In this document: one piece after another, positions 1 through 14,883 of the stretch
Layout of the letters: each line of letters begins with the position of its first letter
Position numbering within the stretch: the stretch's first letter is position 1
Assembly (NCBI RefSeq): GCF_001194135.2
Contig: NC_068987.1
Span: forward strand, 96,802,274 to 96,864,220
Direction: 5' to 3'
DNA length: 61,947 nt
Origin: Octopus bimaculoides
Lineage: Eukaryota
Translations under genes and position numbers: made by a program
The notes under the pieces: model-generated
Told to the model about the DNA's origin: nothing
Database searches by the model: none
Seen by the model: the letters and a program-made list of their open reading frames with translations, nothing else

Positions 1-175
1 ATATATAATCTTTTTTTAGAATAACATAAATCCGGAGAAGAAGCACACACTAAGAAGTAGAGCAGTCTATTATTAGTGAAGGCCAGTTTATAGTGTTACC
101 TGGGGTTTCTTGCCATAAAGGGTACCTTTATGGTGAGAAACTCAGGGTAAACCTATAAACTGACCTTCACCAGTA

Positions 176-213
<38 letters not shown>

Positions 214-1320
214 AAGCATTGCTGTGTGAACAAGAAGCTCACTTTGTAACTGCTTAGTTTCAGGTTCAGTCCCACTGCACAGCACCTTGGGCAAATATTT
301 TCTACTATAACCCCAGGTCAATCAATGCCCTATGAGTAAATTTGATTGATGGAAACAATGTGAAGGCCTATTATGTGCCTTTGTGATTGTCCCTCTCAAC
401 ACTGCTGGACAACTGTGTTGGTTTGTTTACATCCCTGTAACTTAGCAGTTTGGCAAACGAAACTGACAGAATAAGTACTTGAAAAAATAAGTACTAGGGT
501 CAGTTTTTGCAGTTTTACTGGAAGCTTTTGATCCATGAAATAAGATGGATAGAAACCATAGAAAGTTTGCTTGGAAATTCTTGTGCCAGATACACTTAAA
601 GGCTTTGTCAATGTCAAATGCATCAAATTTGTTTTTGCCCAACCTCTTAAAGGTGATAAACCACTGGTCAATGACAATTATTTGTCTCTGATAATTCTGG
701 CTTTACAAGAACTAAATAAGTATTGGGGAGGAAGATATGCAAGTGATGAAGTGATTTTACAGGGAAGCTGTAGGATCAGTTGCCTTGTTGGGTTTCAGCA
801 ATTGGAATTTTGTATGTGGTGGCAGTGTATATTTAGTGGTGTGATAGACATGACTGGTTGGAATTTATGAGCTTTGTTGAGAATGTGCAATGTAGATGTA
901 AAATGGATAGCAAAGGTAGAAGTATTTCTTTTAAGTGAGTCTTGTTAATAGCCATCTTGGTTGAGAAATCTTGAGTAAGAGGATTCTGTAAGGGAATCGG
1001 AAGGTTCTACTGCAGTTTGGGGAGCAGGTAGAGTTGCTGGCTGTGTGATACTTTTGCTTTTCTGATGGTGATCTTGCATGTGTTGTAGTTGTAGGTGACA
1101 TTCTCCAGTTGTTTTATATTGGTGTAGCTCTACTGAGGGTAAGCCGTTCTGGTGTTTTGGATTTATGCGCTTTGATTATGTGAGGGTTACGAAAAAAAGT
1201 CTTTTTGGTTGGTTTTAATCCTTCAATTGTCTTAGATGAGGTTGTGAGCAGTAGGAAATATCTCCATCTTTAAAAACATTATGCACCATTCGAGCATTAC
1301 CGATGCCAATGTCACCTGAT

Positions 1321-1511
1321 TGGCCCCTGTGCCGGTGGCATGTCAAAAGCAACCACTACACTCTGAGTGGTTGGCGTTAGGAAAGGCATCCAACTGTAGA
1401 AATCTTGCCAGATCAGATTGGAACCTAGTGCAGCCTTCTGGCTTGCCAGTCCTCAGTCAAACTGTCCAACCCATGCCAGCATGGAAAATGAACGTTAAAC
1501 AATGATGATGA
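1321..1511 (+). mobile_element. (TGA)n-tailed retroposon family (SINE/LINE-3'-end like); other copies ~4660-4841(+), 5144-5333(-), 5404-5507(+), 6496-7068(+), 7547-7663(-), 10727-11147(+), 12705-12850(-), 13028-13162(+), 16063-16250(-), 16648-16773(-), 20368-20476(-), 20481-20624(+)
   Basis: Recurrent core gagtggttggcgttaggaagggcatccagctgtagaaac...ccaacccatgc(t/c)agcatggaaa with (TGA)n tail and variable 5' truncation. Confidence 0.85.
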
Positions 1512-1867
1512 TAATTCCAACAAAGAAACTATGCCACCCATAGAAGTGTAACCCCCCCCCCCNNNNNNNNNNNNNNNNNNNNNNNNNNNNNNNNNNNNAA
1601 TCCCCCCAATTTTTTTTAATATACCAAAAGTATATGTGCACACACACTTGCACAAAATATTTTTTTGTGTTTTAGCCCAGAGGTTATGGCCATGCTGGGT
1701 CACTGCCAGTAACTTCTTTAATATTACAACATCAATGAATTAAAGGTCTGTCAGTTTAAAATACTTTTTTGTAACACTGAATTGTCCTCTAGTTTTATGA
1801 CTAAAAAAACATTTTAAAAATTTCTCTTATTGGTAAGTAAGTGTTCTGTAAAATGTTCGTTTGATAA

Positions 1868-1984
<117 letters not shown>

Positions 1985-2210
1985 TAAAATCGACTTTTTA
2001 AACATTTTTTTAAGAAATGAATTGCTTTTAGTGTCATACCGGAACTTGTCTGCTCCCAAGAATGTCATTTATCTCTAGATAGAAACCAGCTATCACAGGA
2101 ATTTTATTGTATTTAAAAGGGCATGGCACTTGGACTTAACTATCGAAACAAAATTGAGTGGTTTTGTCATGGTGACCTTTTTTCGGTAATTTGGTAGATC
2201 TAACATATAC

Positions 2211-2430
2211 TTAACCCTTCGGCATTCCGAGAGCTCTGTCAAACATAATGCTTATTTATTCAGATCATTTTGAATTAATTTTGCATTATCTTGTAGCTTC
2301 CAGATTTGAATGATGTGATTGTTTATTTTTAGAATGACATTGTAGGCTAGGTGTGAGAGGACAGATCTAGTTAGTTTAAGCATAAGACAGATAGAGCTGG
2401 ATGTAGCTAGTTTAAATGCTAATGGGTTAA
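2211..2430. mobile_element. piggyBac-like MITE (TTAA-CCCT...GGG-TTAA); related copies 11918-12141 and partial ~5550-5657
   Basis: TTAA at both ends, short terminal inverted repeats, shared internal sequence among copies. Confidence 0.7.
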
Positions 2431-2451
2431 GGTAGTTTATGAGAAAATGCA

Positions 2452-2563
2452 AACACATTCTTGTTGTTCCCACCCTTGCCCCAGTGGAACACATTCTTGA
2501 TGATCCCATCCTAGCCCCAGTGGAACACATTCTTGATGATCCCATCCTAGCCCCAGTGGAACA
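2452..2563. repeat. 36-bp minisatellite, ~3 copies
   Basis: gccccagtggaacacattcttgatgatcccatccta repeated directly, no spacers. Confidence 0.85.
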
Positions 2564-3550
2564 GCCACGTTGTGACAACCTTGGTATAGTATTGTGATTT
2601 CTTATTTGTTATCCTTCATAAGATCATGTAAGGAAAAGTTGTCCTCAACCAGATTTCAACTGAGAGTGCAGAAAGCCAAAGAAAATGCTTATGGCATTTA
2701 ATCTAACACTCTAATAACTCTGCCAACTCTAGGCTTTTAATAACAGATGGTTACTTATTAAAATGTAAACGAGAATATACTTAGGCAATAATTACAGAGT
2801 ATCAATGCAGAGTAGGTAAAGAGTAAATTGCTACTGTTAGCCCTGTTGCCACTGCATAAACCATTTCACTGTTCGCAAATGTTTGCGGCACTGTATGATT
2901 GATGCTAGTGGTAGGGCATCTCTGTCAGTCAACAATGAGGATTTAGTTGTTCAATCAACTGAACATCATGCTACTGAATTAATGTGTTAGTGGTTGAGCA
3001 TTTGACGGACATGTGTTCTGTAATTCTAAGGTAGAAGCTGCATGAAAGTGTGTGACAAGGCTATATGTTTTGAAATACAGGTACAATCCACCCAATAGGT
3101 TTCATTATCAAGGTTTAGGTTGACCTGAGCCATTCAAAAATGACATTTGTCTAAGATTCCATGCAGTGAGATTAAAACTCAGATATTATGGTTGCAAAAC
3201 TAACTTTTTAATTGTTCAACCATACTGTACTACTTGTAAATACTACTACATATAACTATGCTAACTTGTTCGCATTTAAACTGGCTATATCCAGCTCAAA
3301 TATTCTATCTATTTTATGTTCAAACTGGCCTGATCTTACCTGCCACACCTCCTTTACAATGCCATTCTAAGAATAAGCAATCACACTATCTAAATCTCAA
3401 AGCTATGAGATATTGCAGGATTAATTCAAAACCTTTTGAATAAACAAACGTTACATTTGACAGAGTAGTCTTAAATGCTAAAGGTTGTTGCTGCAGAGTC
3501 TATTACTCAATTCATTTAGAAACCCATTGAATATTCAATAGAACTGTTAG

Positions 3551-3724
<174 letters not shown>

Positions 3725-4214
3725 TAAGATAGGATATAATTTAAAAAATAGTGTCACTAATAAGAATCACTAACCATTGTGGTTAACTGTTCAGGCAAAT
3801 GTACAAACCATTGAAAGAACTTCTCTATAATCATTTGTAAAAAATAGCTTTGAAAAATTCACTGTCTTGTACAAGAAAGATGCATTAGATACAATATCTG
3901 AATAACAGACAGACTGGTCATGGCTGGAATGTATTTGATCATATGTCTGTCTACTCTGTCATAGATGGCCTGGAACTCAGTAATTATGATTCATGGCTGT
4001 TTAGTGTGTAAAGGTATCTGATGCATGGAAGACTGCTGTTGGCCAGAGGAAGACCTGCCAAATAATATAAGACTGGTTGTTGGGCTTTACCAACAAGATG
4101 CCATAGGATTCAAAAGATTAGTTATGTATTGTACTGAGGATCTATCACTGTTGGCATGAACAACCATATAAAAATACTGATTAACTAATTTTGAAAAATT
4201 TTATTCTCCTGTAG

Positions 4215-4370
<156 letters not shown>

Positions 4371-7344
4371 TAAAATCTGAGGTGTAGCTGTGAGGTTAAG
4401 AAGCCTGCGTCCCAACCATGTGGTCTTGGGTTCAGTCCCACCGCATGGCACCTTGGGAAATCATCTGCCGTAACGCCAGGCTGATCAAAGCTTTCTGAGT
4501 GGATTTAGTAGGTAAAAACTAAAAGAATCTGTCATGTCATCATCATTTAACCTCCGTCTTCCATGCTGTCATGGGTTGGATGGCTTCACAGGAACAGGTA
4601 AACCAGAGGATCATACCAACCTCCACTACCATAGTTGTTGCATAGATTTTACAGCTGTGCCAGTAGCACATAGAAGCATCCACTACACCCTCGGAGTGGT
4701 TGGCGTTAGGAAGGGCATCCAGCTGTAGAAACTCTGCCAAATCAGATTGGAGCCTGGTGTAGCCATCTGGTTCACCAGTCCTCAGTCAAATCGTCCAACC
4801 CATGCTAGCATGGAAAGCGGATGTTAAACGATGATGATGATGCCAACTACTTTACAGAGTGGACTGAGTGCTTTTCATGTGGCATCAGCACTGGTGAGGT
4901 CACTGAGTACCTAGCAAGATAAAGATCCCTTGTGTGCACCCTTGCCTCGTGCAAGCAGTGTTGTTCATTTCCTGACTTCCATGAAAAATATTCCTGGCTA
5001 TAGAAAAATATTGTGTTGCATAGAAACTGAAGGTTGGCAAGAGGAAGGGTACCTGACTGTAGAAAATCTGCCTCAACAAATTCTGTCTGACTCATGCAAA
5101 AGGTGGTCAGTTACCCTTTAGTATTCAGGTTACTTTATTAAATCATCATCATCATCATCATCATCGTTTAACGTCCGCTTTCCATGCTAGCATGGGTTGG
5201 ACGATTTGACTGAGGACTGGTGAAACCGGATGGCAACACCAGGCTCCAGTCTAATTTGGCAGTTTCTACAGCTGGATGCCCTTCCTAACGCCAACCACTC
5301 AGAGAGTGTAGTGGGTGCTTTTACGTGTCACCCGCATGTTGACGTGAATATGTTTATTTATTCAAATCATTTTGAATTTATCCTGTATGATCTTATAATG
5401 TCACCTGGGAGGCTGGTGTTGCCATCCGGTTTCACCAGTCCTGTCAAATCGTCCAACCCATGCTAGCATGGAAAGCGGACGTTAAACGATGATGATGATG
5501 ATGATGACCTTATAATGTCAAAATTTCAGTGATGTGATAATATATTTTTGGAATGACATTGTAGGATAGGTGTGAGAGGTCAGTTCTAGCCAATTTGAAC
5601 ATAAAATAGGTAGGATATTTGGGTTGGATACAGCCGGTTTAAATGCTAAAGGGTTAAATGTTAATGATGTGAATATGATGAATGTTTTATACACATGTCA
5701 GTGAAAGCTGATATGTATTTAAATTTATGTAGATCTTATGTGGCTTTGTTTACCAATGTCTTATAATGTATTTTCCAACAATAGATTTTTAGTGTGCAAC
5801 ACTATCATCATCTTCCTCTCTCTCTCTATTTCACATTACAATATCAAGCTGTCTGGTGTCCTTGGCTAATATGCTGGTCAGAAATTAGGTTAGTAATACA
5901 ACCTGCAAAGTAGTAGAAAAATATAGATTTTTTTTTAAGTTACTTCACTGAAGAAGTTATACAGCCATATCTCAACTTACATTGGTTAGTGGTTCCCAGA
6001 CATGTGACTTGACTTAGAAACTGACATAACACGAAAAATTACTTCAAAATATTTATTGCCTTATGTCTGTTTTATTAAATAATTTGTACATATTTTCACA
6101 TCTATTTTATTTGATTTTTCCATTTCAGTATTGGCTTTTAGGTGTTTTTTTTTTTTTTTTGTAATTTTCATTCTTTTAAATATGTTCACTGAAACCAGTG
6201 TAATGTTGGATAAATTGACTGAAATTGCGATTTATTTTTTGCCCATTAATTTCTTGAAAAGAACAACATAAAGTCAAAAAAGACATAACTTAAAATGATG
6301 TAAGTTGAGGTATGCCTGTAATTTGTCTTTCACAAATATGAGGAATGATGATCATCTGTATACTAATTCAGTTACTTCACTGAAATATCTTTGAGTCATA
6401 ATTCATGCCACCACCTTCATTGTTTCAACATTTATGGTTTTTTTCTCATATGACACCATGTGAATGAATGTTATGATATTGACATAAGTTGTCATTACTG
6501 CTGTTGGTGGTGAAGTACGGTCTTCGAATGTTGGGTCTCATAGAGGCAATGGCTAGTAACTGAGAGCTTTGGCATTCTGTGCTTGAGAAGACCTGTCAAG
6601 CCAAGTGAAATCGTAGTTGTGGTCGATGCCAGTGTCACATAACTCACACCCATGCTGGTAGCATGTAAAAAGCATCTTCCAAACATTGGGCCTCATGGAG
6701 GCAATGTCGCCATTGCTGGTGTTGCATAACTACCACCTGTGCCAGTGGCACATAAAAAGTACCTTTTGAGCATTGGTCCTCATGGAGGCAATGACAAATC
6801 TTTGGCAATATGCTGTGCTTGAGTTGACCCATCAAGCCAAGTGAAATCATAGTCGTGGCAGATACTGGTGTCATGCAATTGGCACCTGTGCTGGTGGCAC
6901 ATGAAATCACTCATCACACTCTTGGAGCGGTTGGCATTAGAAAGGGCATCCAGCCGTAGAAACCATGTCAAACCAGACTGGAGTCTAGTGCAACCCTGCT
7001 CCAGCTTACCAGCCTTGATCAAACTGTCCAACCCATGCCAGCATGGACAAATGACATTAAATGATGACCATAATGAAAAGTAAACTGACAGAATCATTAG
7101 AACAATGGAAAAAATATCTTGCAGCATTTCTTCTGGGTTTTTTGTTCTGAATTCAAATCCTGCTGAGATGAACTTTGCCTTTCATCTCTCAAGGATGATA
7201 AAATAAAATACCAGCTAAGTACTGTGATTTGAGGGTTTTGACTAATCTCCCTTCTTCAAAATCGCTAACCATGTGCTTTATTTGAAGTGTGCTTAAAAAA
7301 AAAAATTTTTTTTTTGTTTCCAAATGCATAGGCTCAGAGGTGCA

Positions 7345-7540
7345 GGTGTGGCTGTGTGGCTGAGAAATTTGCTTCTTAGCCACATGATTTCCGGTTCAGT
7401 TCCACTCTGTGTTACCTTGGACAAGTGTCTTCTATGTCTCCAGGTTGACCAAAACCTTGTGAGTGGTGTATTTGGCAGACGGAAGCTGAAAGAAGCGCAT
7501 TGTGTGTGTGTGTGTGTGCGTGTGCGTGTGTGTGTGTGTC
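7345..7540 (+). mobile_element. tRNA-derived SINE with (TG)n tail; related copies ~214-385, 4381-4530, 24770-24895(-), 29002-29100(-)
   Basis: tggctgtgtgg A-box, ggttcagttcc B-box-like motif, accttggacaagtgtctt core, microsatellite tail. Confidence 0.7.
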
Positions 7541-8161
7541 CCCCCCTCATCATTAAAATCTGTTGTCCATGCTGGCATGGGTTGGATGATTTGACCAGGG
7601 TTGGCAAGCTAAGGAGCTGCAATAGACTACAATCTGATTTGGCATGGTTTCTATGGCTGGATGACTTCAGTTATTGGTAAAGGATTATCCATCTGGGAAA
7701 AATACTTCATAAGTTCTCTGCTTGCACACCAGGCTAACAATATTATTTAGATTAGTAAAGAACTCCAAGTCTTTTTATAGCAGAATCCTAGTTTGTTGTT
7801 CATCACCATTCTATATTGTAAATCTGGGGTTGCACTCCAGTCAAACTGTTTTTTACAAAGTGATATACAAGGTGCAAATAAAGGTCATTACATATTTTTC
7901 CTTTATTAGAGTAAATTTGGCTTACAGCTGTTTCCAGTTGTCATTATAAGTTCATTATTGATAGGTTTCTTAATTGGTCTATTGGTCAGTTGAGAAAAGT
8001 TGTATGACCTAAAAGTTAATGCTACTTTCGTTAGAGCCATTTCTGGTCTTTCAGTGTTCTGCTGAAATGGATCTAACGAAAGTAACTTTAATTTATTAAA
8101 ATAAAGGAAAAAACTAACTCCAATAAAGTACAAATATGTAATGACCATTATTTATATCTTG

Positions 8162-8205
<44 letters not shown>

Positions 8206-8436
8206 TTCCTAGTCTTTGTCTCTCCACTTTTCTTGATAACTGGTGTTGGTTTGCTTACATCTCTGTAACTTAGTGGTTTGGCAAAAGAAACTGAAAGAAT
8301 AAATATCAGACTTAAAAATAAGTACTGGGTGGGTGGGGGGTAATTTCGACTAAATCTTTCAAAGTATTGCCCCAGCATGGCTGCAGTTCAATGACTGAAA
8401 CAGGTAAAAGATAAATGTCATAGTCATCTCTCCTAA

Positions 8437-8625
<189 letters not shown>

Positions 8626-9348
8626 TAGACACTTGTCTTTGTTGTTTATCAGTTGTAATTATGGAGTGTGTCTCAGATACACTTGCTGGGTTTTATGGCT
8701 ACCAAACTTAAGAGAGATTCAGAGAATATTAGCTCAAGTGTTCTGAGAGGATTTTTTTTTTTTTTGTCTCAGAAGTTCTGTTTCTTCATATTTCAGCTGT
8801 GGCACTTTTCTTGCATGGAAATTTTGTCTAATTTGATTTGTATTGTAGTTGGTGAAACAGCATCAGGTTATGGGTTTATTACAAACCAATCACTAATTCG
8901 TTACTCTGACAAGAGTAGCAAAATGAACATCTGCAACAAAAAGCAGACTTAATATCAAAAAACTTCACTTGAAATGCAGTTTTTTTTGTTTTTTTTTCTT
9001 GATGCTGTTTATATTTGTTGCCAGTATAGACACAGGCATGTTTGTCCTCCTGTTCCAAGAACAAGTATGATAAAAAGTGTTAGTTATTTTAAGTAATCTC
9101 AGTCACTTCTGCTTTATTGATTAGCATTTCATTCAGTCTTGTTAAAAATGCAGTCTTAAGATTTAAAACTGGAGTTTATAGTCCCTCTGATATAAGTTTA
9201 CACTAGATAGTCTAGGGTGACATGTTAAGATTTGCCATGTGGTTATGGTTTGTGGTAAAGCACTGAAGTAGTAGTGGCTTAAAAGTTTAATTTCTTTTTT
9301 TAGTTCTTCATCCTTAAATATCTTCCCAATTTTCATTTTTGACTATAA

Positions 9349-9570
<222 letters not shown>

Positions 9571-10180
9571 TGATGTAGTGAAGAGAATGAAATACTAGCC
9601 AGTTGAGATAATACTTCACATATGAGTCTATCCATGATTGTAATAGCAACTGGAAAAGTCAGAAATTCAAGCTCTGCTACTAGTATTTTGTGAACACAGT
9701 GAAGGCACTTAAGGACAGACTACCTACTTCTGAATTATTGTTTAGCTCTAGCATATCTCTGAGGTGATCTATGGTCAGATATTTTGTCTGTAATTATCCT
9801 ATCTTTTTCCTAGGCTCTGTGAACTCAAGATCATGTTATTCAGTGTGTCTCTTGTGATTTGAAGGACGTTTGTCTGCTATTCCTAGCTATATATATGTGC
9901 TGCTGATAGTATAGTTCACTGTTATAGGCTGCAGGTAGTCCTGTGATTTGTTATCATGAATGCTGAGTCTAGCAAGTTTCCATAGAAAATGCATGTAATA
10001 GTCTCTTATCCAGGGAGATATTCACTTCTCATCTAAATAATGTTACAGAAAACCCAGATAAGCACCAGTCTTATGAATAATTGCCTTTCAAAAAATATTA
10101 GTTAGCTGACCAGCTGGCTAATGTTTCCTATTAGATCCTTTGTGATGAAGAAAGGATTAGCTAGCTGACTAGCCACAAAC

Positions 10181-10690
10181 TACAAGGTGGTATCAGAAGG
10201 TTCCTGGACTAGTTATGTTTAATAAGAAAATAACTTATTTACCTAAATTTTAACATCTTCAAAATAGTCACCTTGTACAGCATACACCAATCCCAGTGTT
10301 CCTGCCACTTTTAGAATCTGGCCTGAAAGTCGTTTTTCTGTGAGTCAAGGACCTTCTGTGATTCACTCTTGCTCTCAACAACTGTTAAAATGGCGACCTT
10401 AGATGAAAGTCCACAGGTGCTAATTCTGGTGACTAGGGCGGGTGTAGAAGCAATACCATGTTTTTAGCAAGAAACTCATGAGTGAGGAGAGCTCAGTGAT
10501 AAGGTGCGTTGTTGTTGTGAACAATCCAATTCTTTGCGGTCCACAGATCTGGTTGTTTTTGTCAATGTCTTTCCTCAAATCCTTCAAAACGTTGTGGTAG
10601 AACTCTTGATTGATGGTCTGACCCTGGGGAACGAATTTTCTATGGACAATGCCACATTTCCAGGGGTGACACTCATGGCAGATCTTCCAA
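10181..10690 (-). mobile_element. Degraded mariner (DD34D) transposase 3' half with terminal repeat
   Basis: GIVHRKFVPQGQTINQEFYHNVL.., SP.LAPVDFHL-like and QGDYFED motifs; end TA-caaggtggtatcagaagg at 10181. Confidence 0.85.
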
Positions 10691-11361
10691 GGGTTGTTCT
10701 TCCACTTTGGAAGTACCAGTAGATCACTAAGAGCACCATCTGAGTGTGATCGTTGCCAGAGCACCAGCTGTCTGGCTTCCGTGCCGGGGGCATGTAAATA
10801 GCACCATTTGAGCGTGATCGTTACCAACATCGCCCTCCTGGCACGTGAAAAGACATTCGAGCGAGTTCGTTGCCAGTACCGATGGACTGGCTCCTGTGCA
10901 GGTGGCACATAAAATACACCATTTCGAGTGTGACCATTGCCAGTACCTCCTGACTGGCCTATGTGCTGGTGGCACGTAAAAGCACCCACTACACTCTCGG
11001 AGTGGTTGGTGTTAGGAAGGGCATCCAGCTGTAGAAACTCTGCCAAATCAGATTGGAGCCTGGTGTAGCCATCTGGTTTCACCAGTCCTCAGTCAAATCG
11101 TCCAACCCATGCTAACATGGAAAGCGGACATTAAACGATGATGATGATATAAAAACAAACACAAACTATTATAGTTCTTAAATTTGACAGGAAAAGGGAG
11201 GCTGATTCACTGGTGTAAAGGTAACACACTTTGTCGCATTAACAAAGGCATGTGGATTTGTCTCCCATGTGGATAGGAAAGCCTTCTTTTTTTTCTGTCG
11301 ATGGCTAATATATACCTTTATTAGACTATTTTCCTTAGTCATTGCATGGTGATTACCATAA

Positions 11362-11589
<228 letters not shown>

Positions 11590-13352
11590 TAGTTTGGTGG
11601 GAGGAGAACTTTTAGTCAAAATCTCTTTCTAAAGTACTTGCATTTTATCCCTCTACATTTAGTGTTCTGTCTTTATCACCATCTCCTCGGTTGTCCTAGT
11701 GGTATACAGGCTGAGTATTACCCAATGGGCAGTTTGTCTTGTGTTCAGTGCTCTAAAAACTGGAGTCAAACATCAACTACAACGGTCTTAGTTTAGCCTC
11801 CTTACTAAATATAATCAATGAAGTTAATCTGAGGCAAGGCTATTGCTAGTTGAAAATTTTAAATACAAATACTTTTTCTTTTTACAAGCCCATGAAAGAC
11901 AAATAGCTAAGTCTACCTTAACCCTTTAGTGTTCAGTTTACTCTGTTAACTGTACTACTTATTCACATTGTTTTCAATTAACCATGCATTATCTTATAGC
12001 TTTGAAGCTTCAATGATGTGATTGTTTATTTTTAGAATGTCAATGTAGGTTAGGTGTGAGGAGGTAGATATGGTCAGTTTGAATGTAAGATATGTAGAAA
12101 ATTTGGGCTGGATATGGTCGGTTTAAACACAAAAGGGTTAAATCATATCCTATTGTATTAAAGAAGGATATATTATTCAGTGTTGTCTGATATACAAAAT
12201 TATGGGATAGTCATAACACATTCATCAGCTTTAAAAAAGTGTACATAGCTAATTGTGAAAATCGAAGATGAAACTAGTGTCCATACCAATACAAATATTA
12301 AAATTTGGTGCCAGTACTTGGAAGATGTAGAATCCAATATATCTGTAAGCTAAAAAATGTATTTTATATCCAAGTGAATCCTTACCCAGCACATGTATTG
12401 TATTACATGTATTACAAGTGTTGTAACCATGATCCCTAACTTGGGCAACATTTCTTAATGTGTCCTTGATATTTCTAACCATTTTTTTCTTACTATATTT
12501 ATATTGAAATATACTGCTTTTGTTGCAATTAATTTTGAAAATAAGGGAAATAATGAGACACAAGTGTGTGTGATTAAGAAGTATGCTTCCTAATCACATG
12601 TGTGGCATCTTGGGCAAGTATTTTGTATTACAGTTACAAGCTGACCAAAGCATTGTAGATGGATTTGGGAGAGGGAAACTGAAAGAAACCTCTTCATCAT
12701 TTAGTGTCTATTGTCCATGCTGGCATGGGTTGGATGGTTTGACCAGGGCTGGTAAGCTGAGGGGCTGCACCAGGCTCTAGTTTGATTTGGCTGGATGCCC
12801 TTCCTAATGCCAACCACTCAGAATAATAGGTACTTTTACATGCCACCAGCATGTAAATAAACTCCATCCGACCCACAAGCATGGAAAAATGGATGTTAAA
12901 ATGATAATGAATTTATTAGAATAACTTTCTCATTAAGATGGTGTTTAGAATATAAATTAACATGAAATTTTGATGGAAGGTTTTAATTTAGATTCACTTT
13001 AAAACAGAATTTTTATCATCAAACCTCTGCTGGGTGGTTGGTGTTAGGAAGGGCATCCAGCCATAAAAACCCTGCCAAAATAGATAGAAGTCTGGTGCAG
13101 GATCCTGTCAAACTGTCTAGCCCATGCCAGCATTGAGGGTGGATGTTAAACAATGATGATGAACCAATGGTGGTTTCAGGTAGGCTAGTATCAAAAGTTA
13201 GACAGAATGATGTGACTGAAAGGAGATTTGGCTGCTATTTTTAGTAGGTTGCATAAAGCTACTTTAGCTTGTATAAAAAAAAATGTTACTGTTAATTGCT
13301 TGGGGTGGGACTTGAAGAATTAAACTTGAACAATTCAGCAATTTATGATTAA

Positions 13353-13514
<162 letters not shown>

Positions 13515-14085
13515 TGAGTGCTATCTCATTCTTTTTTTCTTAAATTTTAATGTATTGATCTGAGATTGTTTTCAAACTGAAACATTTACATCATGAAATA
13601 GTCATAAGAGCTATTTAAATCACAAACGCACATCATTTTATTAACTTTTGCTTTATTTTGTAATGGTATCCTACTAACAAGCTTCCTTGCTATCAGTGGT
13701 GGGCACAGCTAACCAAATAGTTAGCTTAGCTAACCACTAATCCGCTAACTAATAAAGTTAGCTTCGCAAATGCTAAACTGCTAAAACCTCTAAAAATAGA
13801 CCTACAGAGCTGAAATTTTCATGCTTTAGCTTAGACATAAAGCTTTCCAAAAAGGTATAGCATGCCAAGATCAGATGATGATCAACGTGTGTGCAAATAA
13901 TTAAATGAACAAATGAAATTAAACATTTTCCATATTCTTTTCTCCAATTTGTCTCTGGTGATGGAATATCCCATACTCGAGGATATCCCAGAAACAGCTG
14001 TAAGATTTTGAATTTCTTCCTGTAGTAATATTGTATATTACTTAAGATGTTTGCCTTGCCTTAATGTTTGACGTCCTGTTTAACA

Positions 14086-14123
<38 letters not shown>

Positions 14124-14852
14124 GGTGGGTAGGAGCAATTTAAAACCAACAATGAAATAATTCACCATCGCTAAGGGTGCAGTGAGCATCAGCATTGCTA
14201 GAAATAGGAGTTGTAGACTCCTTACCCACAAAAGCACATAGTCTCTTTGTATTGATTGGAGAGAAAACCCTCCCCACTCTGAGTGAAAGGCATTAAATTA
14301 GCATGCTAATTTCATATAGGAAATTAATACTCATCAGTCATGCTCACTCATTGCAGCTGGTAGAGGCCAACTCAGCCTGTCAGTATTATTGATAATACCA
14401 AAGCAGTGGACTGAGAAACATTAGCATGTTGGGCGAAATGCTTAGCAGTATTTCATCTGTCTTTATGTTCTGAGTTCAAATTCTGCTGAGGTCGACTTTG
14501 CCTTTCATCCTTTCGGGGTCAATAAGTACCAGTTGCATACTGGGGTCGATCTAATCTACTGGCCTCCTCCCCCAAAATTTCAGGCCTTGTGCCTAGAGTA
14601 GAAAAGAATATTATTGATAATGCCATCGGAATCAATGACTGATTTCACAAAATGGTAATGTGAAAATTATGAAATAATCAAGATGGCATGGGTGTCTACA
14701 TGCATGGCACTGGCACAAATCAACCCGCTAACATTTATATCAGCTATTTATAAGTGATAATTAACATCTAGCCATCTCTTTCCAGTTAAATTTGCCTCTA
14801 CAGACCGTTATCTTTTGACTAAGACCTTACATTTTAATTTTTTTTCTTTCAG

Positions 14853-14883
14853 CATCCGTGCTGTGTTGGACATCCCTGAATGA
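14853..14883 (+). CDS. ADH5: ADH class III terminal coding exon
   Basis: ctttcag|C ATC CGT GCT GTG TTG GAC ATC CCT GAA TGA = (S)IRAVLDIPE*; AATAAA hexamers follow near 14993 and 15068. Confidence 0.9.

Noticed and set aside
690-1260. Possible old LINE fragment on the minus strand
   Set aside because: Composition is suggestive but I could not read any diagnostic RT or endonuclease motif.
2452-2563. 36-bp repeats as a CRISPR array
   Set aside because: No unique spacers, eukaryotic intron, no cas genes.
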